NCBI RefSeq assembly: GCF_014646655.1
Contig: NZ_BMNR01000006.1
Location: forward strand, 199,419-223,418
Source of the DNA: Yeosuana aromativorans
Lineage (GTDB): Bacteria > Bacteroidota > Bacteroidia > Flavobacteriales > Flavobacteriaceae
DNA: 24,000 bases
Direction of reading: 5' to 3'
Shown: positions 17,955 to 24,000 of the stretch, in pieces
Numbering within the stretch: the first letter of the stretch is position 1
Layout of the letters: each line of letters opens with the position of its first letter
Notes under the pieces: model-generated
Told to the model about the DNA's origin: nothing
The model's input: the letters and a program-made list of their open reading frames with translations, nothing else
The model's database searches: none
Position numbers and translations under genes: made by a program

Positions 17955-19112
17955 TTAAATTTTGTTCAATAATATGCTTACTGCATTACCACCAAACCCA
18001 ACTGCATTTACCATAATACGTTTAATTGTATTTGGTGCTTTTTGATTCTTTATATATGGAATACCTACAAACTCTTGATGTTGTAACATGAATACAGCCA
18101 GTTCTATACTTAAGGAGCCAGAAGCTCCAAACGTATGTCCAATTTTCCATTTGTTAGAGGTTAGGGCTGGTCTATTGTTTTTAAAAACAGTGTCAATGGC
18201 ATTACATTCTGAAAGATCGCCTTTTATGGTTCCAGGGGCATGCATCACAATCACATCCACATCGTCAGTATTGGTGTCTCCCAAAGCCATACGCATGGAT
18301 TTTTGAAAACATTTTGCATCGCTTGAAATGGAAATATTATGCTCTAAAATTTCGGTGGCATAGCCTATTCCACTTACAAAAGCCAAAGCATTATCTTTTT
18401 TGCCAGCTTCCAAACAGAGCATGGAAGCGCCTTCGCCCAAAACCATCGTGTTTTGCTTTTTATCAAGGTCTAAAGCCCTGCATGGAAACGTATTGTTCTC
18501 TCGTGCATATATTTTTAAGGCTTGCATTTGTGCAATGGTAAAAGGCGTTAATGGTGCCTCACTACCACCAACCAAAAATTTTTGGCACATGCCTGAATTA
18601 ATCCATGCAATACCATTTAACAAGGCGTGCAACGCTGTTGAACAGGTGATGGAATGACTGATTTCTGGCCCTTCAGTTTGTAAATCGTGTGCCACCCAAG
18701 AGGAAATGTTTCCCAAAGTAGTAGTAGGCGAACTTAAGGTTTGTGTTGAATTGTTTTTCAGAAAATCATCGTAGTAAGCTTCAAAAAGCTGTGTTGCCCC
18801 ACGTGAAGAACCAATGTTAATACCAAAGTTATCAGAACCGTTCCAACCAGCTTGTTTTATGGCTTGTCTGGATGCATACATGGCATACAGAACCGTATTG
18901 TCAAGTGATTTGTATTTATTGTCTGAATTCCGTAAGGTTTCAATCTCCAGCCTTGCTTCTGTAGGAAGTTCTGCCACTAAAGCGCTTGAATTTCCAAATA
19001 CTTTTTCAGTAATATAGTGCTGGTTGTTTTGATAGTGTTTCCAGATTTCCTCTGCTGATTTCCCAAGAGGTGATATAGATGCAATAGCTGTTATTGAAAT
19101 TGGGGTTTTCAA
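17955..19112 (-). CDS. FabB/FabF-type (KAS I/II-like) beta-ketoacyl synthase embedded in the biotin operon (385 aa, TTG start)
   Basis: GPEISHSITC157STALHAL (nucleophile Cys), VIVMH291APGTIKGD, KWKIGH326TFGASG and C-terminal GFGGNAVSILL give a Cys-His-His thiolase-fold condensing enzyme. There is no in-frame ATG before residue 78, so TTG at 19112 is the likely start. Confidence 0.8.
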   Translation of the reverse strand: MKTPISITAIASISPLGKSAEEIWKHYQNNQHYITEKVFGNSSALVAELPTEARLEIETLRNSDNKYKSLDNTVLYAMYASRQAIKQAGWNGSDNFGINIGSSRGATQLFEAYYDDFLKNNSTQTLSSPTTTLGNISSWVAHDLQTEGPEISHSITCSTALHALLNGIAWINSGMCQKFLVGGSEAPLTPFTIAQMQALKIYARENNTFPCRALDLDKKQNTMVLGEGASMLCLEAGKKDNALAFVSGIGYATEILEHNISISSDAKCFQKSMRMALGDTNTDDVDVIVMHAPGTIKGDLSECNAIDTVFKNNRPALTSNKWKIGHTFGASGSLSIELAVFMLQHQEFVGIPYIKNQKAPNTIKRIMVNAVGFGGNAVSILLNKI

Positions 19113-19134
19113 AATTTTTATTTTGATGGCAAAG

Positions 19135-20400
19135 TTATACTATTTCCAAAGCATCTTCAATTACTTGATAGACTTTCTCTAATTGCTCTTTGGCGATAAT
19201 GTAAGGTGCCTGGATATAAATAGTGTTTCCTAAAGGTCTTAAAAACACACCATGTTTCATAAAAAAAGAAAACAATTTATCACGCAAATTACCATAGCGG
19301 GACATTTCAACATTTAAATCCAATGCAAAAACAACACCTGTTTGTCGTGTTGATTTTACTTTTGGATGAGTTTTTATGTGATTCCCAAATTCTTGGTGTG
19401 ACGCAATGATGCATTTTATGTTGTCTTGTATTTTTGAGGATTGTAACAATTCCAGACCCGCCAGAGCGGCCGAGCAAGCTAGTGGATTGGCAGAATAAGT
19501 ATGACCGTGAAACAGGCCTTTACTAATGTCATCACTATAAAACCCATCATAAATGTGTTGTGAGCAGGATGTGATGGCCATTGGTAACAAACCAGCCGTT
19601 AGCGCTTTACTTAAGCACATAATGTCCGGTTTGGTATTCATATGTAAAGAGGCAAAATGCTTTCCTGTTTTACCAAAACCAGTCATGACCTCATCGGCTA
19701 CGGTTATAATATCGTGTTCTTTGCAAAACTGTAATATCAAATCCAGTCCGGTGGCGTCATGCATTTTCATGGCGGCTGCTCCTTGAACCAATGGTTCATA
19801 AACAAATCCAGCTACTTTGTTGGTTTTAACAATATCAGCCAACATTTCTAAAACAGCATGATGGTTATGACCGTTTGGTGTTGGAATGCGTTTGACATCC
19901 AAAAAGAAATCCTCAAACGGACCGTTATAAACAGATAGGCTAGACACACTCATGGCCCCAAAGGTGTCTCCGTGAAAACCATCCTCAAAAGCAATAAGTG
20001 TGTTGCGTTTATCACCTTTGTTAAAATGATATTGCAATGCCATTTTAATGCCTATTTCTACACAAGTTGACCCATTATCACTAAAAAACAGTTTGTTTTG
20101 GTTTTTGGGTAAGATTTTGATGAGTTCTTCCGATAGTTTTACAGCTGGTTCATGGGTAAATCCGCTAAACACCACTTGATCCAACTGTTGCATTTGTTGA
20201 TGCACTCTGTTGGTGATAAATTCATTGCAATGGCCATACATACAGGTGTACCAAGAAGCAATGGCATCAATGTATTCATTACCGTTTTCGTCATACAGCA
20301 TGCAATCTTTTGCCTTGGTAATAGCAATAGCTTCTGGATGCAACTTGTGCTGCGTTAATGGGTGCCAAAGGTGTTTTTTATCGCGTTCTTGAATGCTCAT
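19135..20400 (-). CDS. bioA: Adenosylmethionine-8-amino-7-oxononanoate aminotransferase BioA (421 aa)
   Basis: Class III PLP aminotransferase with BioA-type N-terminus (HLWHP..Q), FSDNGSTCVE, DEVMTGFGKTG, and LSKALTAG (PLP lysine). It overlaps the bioD stop (ATGA). Confidence 0.9.
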   Translation of the reverse strand: MSIQERDKKHLWHPLTQHKLHPEAIAITKAKDCMLYDENGNEYIDAIASWYTCMYGHCNEFITNRVHQQMQQLDQVVFSGFTHEPAVKLSEELIKILPKNQNKLFFSDNGSTCVEIGIKMALQYHFNKGDKRNTLIAFEDGFHGDTFGAMSVSSLSVYNGPFEDFFLDVKRIPTPNGHNHHAVLEMLADIVKTNKVAGFVYEPLVQGAAAMKMHDATGLDLILQFCKEHDIITVADEVMTGFGKTGKHFASLHMNTKPDIMCLSKALTAGLLPMAITSCSQHIYDGFYSDDISKGLFHGHTYSANPLACSAALAGLELLQSSKIQDNIKCIIASHQEFGNHIKTHPKVKSTRQTGVVFALDLNVEMSRYGNLRDKLFSFFMKHGVFLRPLGNTIYIQAPYIIAKEQLEKVYQVIEDALEIV

Positions 20401-21005
20401 AATTTGTCTTTAAATAGTTCGGCGTATTCTTTAACCACATTTTTGTCAAAATACGGTTCTTCATCAATACGACCGATAACCGAAACATTGGTCATCTTTT
20501 TGATGATATCCTCAGTGGATTTATGTTCGTTTCCACTAAAAATAATGGACACATTAAATCCTTTTTCTTTTAATAAATTAACGGTTAACAAGGTATGGTT
20601 AATACTTCCCAAATAGTGTCTGGAAACCACAATGACCTTGTAGGTTGGCTTTATGATATCCAAAATGGTTTGCCGCTCATTCAACGGTACCAATAATCCA
20701 CCAGCGCCTTCAATGACCAAATTGTTTTTTGTTTTAGGTTTCTGTATTTGTTTCAAGTCTATTTCAATTCCATCAATTTTGGCAGCAGCATGCGGACTCA
20801 TAGGTGTTTTTAACGCATAACTGTTGGGGTGGAATTTTGTTTTTGAATTGGACACCAGTTTTTCAACTTTATGTGTATCAGAATGGTCTAAATCTCCTGC
20901 TTGAATGGGTTTCCAATAATCGGCCTGTAAGGCTTCAACCAATATGGCTGATGCTACAGTTTTGCCAACTTCTGTGGAGATTCCCGTGACGAAATAGGTA
21001 TTCAT
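20397..21005 (-). CDS. bioD: Dethiobiotin synthetase BioD (202 aa)
   Basis: MNTYFVTGISTEVGKT P-loop, YWKPIQAG, and VIEGAGGLLVPL motifs. Confidence 0.9.
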   Translation of the reverse strand: MNTYFVTGISTEVGKTVASAILVEALQADYWKPIQAGDLDHSDTHKVEKLVSNSKTKFHPNSYALKTPMSPHAAAKIDGIEIDLKQIQKPKTKNNLVIEGAGGLLVPLNERQTILDIIKPTYKVIVVSRHYLGSINHTLLTVNLLKEKGFNVSIIFSGNEHKSTEDIIKKMTNVSVIGRIDEEPYFDKNVVKEYAELFKDKL

Positions 21006-21382
21006 TTAAAAATGGTTTTACAATGATTACATATATGTTTTGACTTTTCAAAAAAGGGGAAAAGCATATAAAAAATATTTTTTCGATTTGGTGGGGCTGT
21101 TAAAATACGCGTGGAATGACAATTGGGGCAGTAAATATCGTTGCCATTTTTGTCTTTGTGATAGGGTCTTACCTCATCGTATACTTCAATGGCTTTGTCT
21201 AAATCCTGGTTATGGACCAAAAGCTTAACACCACCAATGGCTAGGCTAATCAATGGGTCTGAATCAATTGTTTTTTCATCAGCCAACATAGTTCTTATGT
21301 TTTCCGATTCCAATTTGGATTTTATGATTTGCGCCTCCGTGGAATATTCAAAAACAGCCAAGACGGTATAATTGTCATTCAT
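21002..21382 (-). CDS. DUF2007-like (PII-like fold) domain fused to a C-terminal CxxC...CxxC zinc ribbon (126 aa), function unknown
   Basis: The N-terminal ~70 aa (VLAVFEYSTEAQIIKSKLESENIRTML...GGVKLLVHNQDLDKAIEV) fits the DUF2007 pattern. C-terminal CPNCHS...(24 aa)...CNHCKT. It overlaps bioF by 8 nt and bioD by 4 nt. Confidence 0.6.
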   Translation of the reverse strand: MNDNYTVLAVFEYSTEAQIIKSKLESENIRTMLADEKTIDSDPLISLAIGGVKLLVHNQDLDKAIEVYDEVRPYHKDKNGNDIYCPNCHSTRILTAPPNRKNIFYMLFPFFEKSKHICNHCKTIFK

Positions 21383-22532
21383 CTAGTTTATGTTTTGATA
21401 CAAAAGTAGCCAACAACTGCAAGACTTTGGTAATTTCTTCTTTTGAATTAAAAGTGTGTAAACAAAAACGCAGTCGCTCTTCTCCTTTAGGAACCGTTGG
21501 TGATAAAATAGGTTTGACATCAAATCCTTGTTCTTTAAGTTTTTGGGAAATGGCTTTTACCGTATCGTTCCCCGAAACCACGCAGCAATGAATGGCCGAA
21601 TGACTATCAATAAAATAATCTTGGAGCTTGTTTTTTATAACCTCACTTTTAAAAAACGATATGTTTTGATGTAACTGTATTCTGTTTTCAGTTTCAATTA
21701 ATTTATGATAAGCAGCATGTATGGTTGCCAATGAATGTGGAGGCAATGCCGTGGTGTAAATAAAACTACGTGAAAAGTTAACCAAGTATGCTTTAAGATC
21801 CTTATTTGTAAGAATGGCAGCACCATGACAGCCCAAGGCTTTTCCAAAAGTTACCAAACGCGCAAACACTTGGTTTTCCAATCCTAATTCTTGAATAAGC
21901 CCAACGCCATGATTACCAAACACACCAACGGCGTGTGCTTCGTCTACAATAAAATATGCTTGATGGGTTTTGCAAAGTTGGGACATGGCTTTTAAATCTG
22001 GCGAATCACCATCCATAGAGAATACAGATTCAGTAACCACATAAACATTGATGTCATGCTGAACTCGTTTCAGCATCTCACTGAGGGATTCTAAATCATT
22101 ATGCTTAAACTTGTAAGCCTTGGCATGGCTCATTGCAATACCATCACGAATGGACGCATGGATATATTCATCGTATAAAATAATGTCACCACGTTGCGGT
22201 ACGCTTGAAAAGAAGCCAATATTGGCATCATAGCCCGAATTAAAAATCAAGGCTGACTCGCTGTTATGAAAATCTGACAGAATGGTTTCCAAAATAGGAT
22301 ACAATGGATGGTTTCCAGAAAGCAAACGAGACCCCGTAGCACCGTTCTGTTTTATGTTATGGCTCATTAAAAAGTCATGTGCTGCATCGAAGATGCTTTC
22401 TGATTTTGCAAATCCCAAATAGTCATTTGAAGAAAAATCTACCAAACTGTTTTGTTTGCCAAGTTGCCGTAAGGCATTAGCCGCTTCTCGGTCTTTAAGT
22501 TTGGATTTTAACTTTTTCGGCAAATGGTTCAT
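21375..22532 (-). CDS. bioF: 8-amino-7-oxononanoate synthase BioF (385 aa)
   Basis: Alpha-oxoamine synthase signatures: DFSSNDYLG, GSRLLSGN, SGYDANIG, SMDGD, DEAHAVGVFG, TFGKALG (PLP lysine). First gene of the bio cluster. Confidence 0.85.
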   Translation of the reverse strand: MNHLPKKLKSKLKDREAANALRQLGKQNSLVDFSSNDYLGFAKSESIFDAAHDFLMSHNIKQNGATGSRLLSGNHPLYPILETILSDFHNSESALIFNSGYDANIGFFSSVPQRGDIILYDEYIHASIRDGIAMSHAKAYKFKHNDLESLSEMLKRVQHDINVYVVTESVFSMDGDSPDLKAMSQLCKTHQAYFIVDEAHAVGVFGNHGVGLIQELGLENQVFARLVTFGKALGCHGAAILTNKDLKAYLVNFSRSFIYTTALPPHSLATIHAAYHKLIETENRIQLHQNISFFKSEVIKNKLQDYFIDSHSAIHCCVVSGNDTVKAISQKLKEQGFDVKPILSPTVPKGEERLRFCLHTFNSKEEITKVLQLLATFVSKHKLDE

Positions 22533-22536
22533 AATA

Positions 22537-22544
22537 CAAAAATA
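22537..22544 (-). promoter_or_regulatory. Candidate bio operon promoter -7 box (TATTTTTG) only 4 nt from the bioF ATG
   Basis: The minus strand reads ATAGTATTTTTG-TATT-ATG. This is a TAnnTTTG match inside the 39-bp divergent gap between bioF and the M61 peptidase gene. Confidence 0.4.
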
Positions 22545-22571
22545 CTATCTTAGTCGCTTAAATTTTTACCC

Positions 22572-24000
22572 ATGAACAGATTTCTTTTTTGGTTTCTCTG
22601 CATTTTTGTTAATTATACACTCACGGCTCAAGTATCTTCGTCTTATTTCATTTCATTTAAAAATGCTGTGCATCACGAAGCGTTTGTAACGGCAACATTT
22701 AAAAATTTAAAACCGAATGATGTTGAGTTTAGGATGAGCAGAAGTTCGCCTGGTCGTTATGCCTTGCATGAATTCATGAAAAATGTCTATGATTTAAAAG
22801 TTACTGACGGTAATGGTAATGCGCTGGATGTTTCAAGACCCGACCCGTACTCTTGGAAGGTGAATCATCATGATGGCACTATTAAAGTAAGTTATATTTT
22901 GTTTGGAAATATGGGAGACGGCACCTATTCCCAAATTGATGAAACCCACGCGCACCTTAACATGCCTGCCACATTTATGTACATGCCCAATTTGCAAAAC
23001 CAAGGCATTGAAGTAACATTTAATGTACGAGACGATTTGAAATGGAAAGTCGCTACCCAATTAAAACATGTTGATGGAAACACCTATTATGCAAAAGACC
23101 TTCAATATTTTATGGATAGCCCTACCGAAATCAGTAATTATAGTGTACGTTCTTTTGATGTGGATGGGCAAACCATAAATTTTGTATTGCACCACAATGG
23201 AACTGAGGCTGAGTTGGATGCCTATTTTGAAAAAGTAAAGAAAATCGTCTTACAGGAACAAAAAGTTTATGGCGAATTACCTTCGTATGATTATGGCACC
23301 TATACGTTTTTGGCGTGCTATGTTCTTAATGCATCAGGTGATGGGATGGAGCACCGTAACTCTACCATCATAACATCAACAACCAGTTTGGCCAATGGAG
23401 GTATGGATGGCAATATAGGAACAGTAGCCCATGAATTTTTCCATTGTTGGAATGTTGAACGCATTCGTCCACAATCGTTGGAGCCTTTTAAGTTTGACCA
23501 AGTTAATATGAGTGGCGAACTGTGGTTTGCCGAAGGCTTTACTAGCTACTTTGATGATTTGTCGTTGTGTCGGGCAGGACTCATAAGCCAAGAAGCTTAT
23601 ATAAAAGGGTTGATAGGAACCTTCAATTATGTCTGGAATTCACCTGGGCGACAGTTTTTCAATCCCATTGAGATGAGTTACCAAGCGCCGTTTGTGGATG
23701 CCGCCCGCTCGGTAGATCCGGTCAACAGAGTCAACACGTTTGTTTCGTATTATTCGTATGGTAGCATGCTTGGTCTTGCGTTAGATTTATCCTTACGTGA
23801 AAACGGATTAAATCTTGATGATTTTATGAAAATGATGTGGACCCGTTTTGGAAAACACGAACAGCCCTACACCGTTACGGATTTGCATAACACACTGAAT
23901 GCCTATGCAGGTAAAGATTTTGGCGATTATTTTTTCAATCATTATATCTACAAAAATGAGATGCCCGATATGAAGCGATTATTGAACAATGTAGGCGTGT
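22572..24000 (+). CDS. M61 family (glycyl aminopeptidase-like) zinc metallopeptidase, N-terminal ~476 aa (continues past the window end)
   Basis: Missing from the ORF track because there is no stop in the window. Translation from ATG 22572 gives MNRFLFWFLCIFVNYTLTAQ (signal peptide) ...RMSRSSPGRYALHEF...GDGMEHRNST...VAHEFFHCWNVERIRP (HExxH)...LWFAEGFTSYF, which is characteristic of M61 peptidases. Confidence 0.85.
   Translation, partial: MNRFLFWFLCIFVNYTLTAQVSSSYFISFKNAVHHEAFVTATFKNLKPNDVEFRMSRSSPGRYALHEFMKNVYDLKVTDGNGNALDVSRPDPYSWKVNHHDGTIKVSYILFGNMGDGTYSQIDETHAHLNMPATFMYMPNLQNQGIEVTFNVRDDLKWKVATQLKHVDGNTYYAKDLQYFMDSPTEISNYSVRSFDVDGQTINFVLHHNGTEAELDAYFEKVKKIVLQEQKVYGELPSYDYGTYTFLACYVLNASGDGMEHRNSTIITSTTSLANGGMDGNIGTVAHEFFHCWNVERIRPQSLEPFKFDQVNMSGELWFAEGFTSYFDDLSLCRAGLISQEAYIKGLIGTFNYVWNSPGRQFFNPIEMSYQAPFVDAARSVDPVNRVNTFVSYYSYGSMLGLALDLSLRENGLNLDDFMKMMWTRFGKHEQPYTVTDLHNTLNAYAGKDFGDYFFNHYIYKNEMPDMKRLLNNVGV

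Noticed and set aside
18088-19017. Four plus-strand ORFs (67-85 aa) inside the KAS gene
   Set aside because: They are antisense shadow ORFs. The minus-strand frame carries the complete Cys-His-His KAS signature.
19553-21371. Assorted 60-84 aa ORFs on either strand within bioA, bioD and orf126
   Set aside because: All are nested in or antisense to better-supported genes, and none has signal or domain features.
22833-23591. Minus-strand ORFs of 75 and 71 aa
   Set aside because: They lie antisense inside the M61 peptidase reading frame. That frame is open from 22572 to the window end and contains HEFFH.

Overview
The window looks like ordinary chromosomal core DNA from a low-GC Bacteroidota genome, most likely Flavobacteriia. 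The grounds are two proteins with T9SS C-terminal sorting domains, TAnnTTTG-type -7 promoter boxes, no Shine-Dalgarno sequences, and Bacteroidetes-style intergenic palindromic repeats. It is densely coding. Left to right: feoB (partial) and feoA, an SCO1/SenC protein, rseP, tRNA-Asn and tRNA-Arg, manA, an ArsC-family protein, a DinB-family protein, a DUF3298-type lipoprotein, an outer-membrane barrel, gdhA, a PorZ-like T9SS propeller protein, recO, a T9SS cargo protein, recX, a small outer-membrane barrel, a JmjC/cupin oxygenase, a six-gene biotin operon, and a partial M61 peptidase. The ORF track misses the two genes that run off the window edges (feoB, M61). I found no CRISPR array, transposase, integrase or recognisable defence genes. 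The best candidate for new biology is the biotin operon, ordered bioF, orf126, bioD, bioA, KAS, bioB on the minus strand. It contains none of the known pimelate-arm genes (bioC/H/G/W/I/Z). Instead it carries a FabB/FabF-type Cys-His-His condensing enzyme and a translationally coupled DUF2007 plus zinc-ribbon protein. The same 12-nt promoter-like element precedes both bioF and bioB. All calls come from reading the sequence and from remembered family signatures. No database search was possible.
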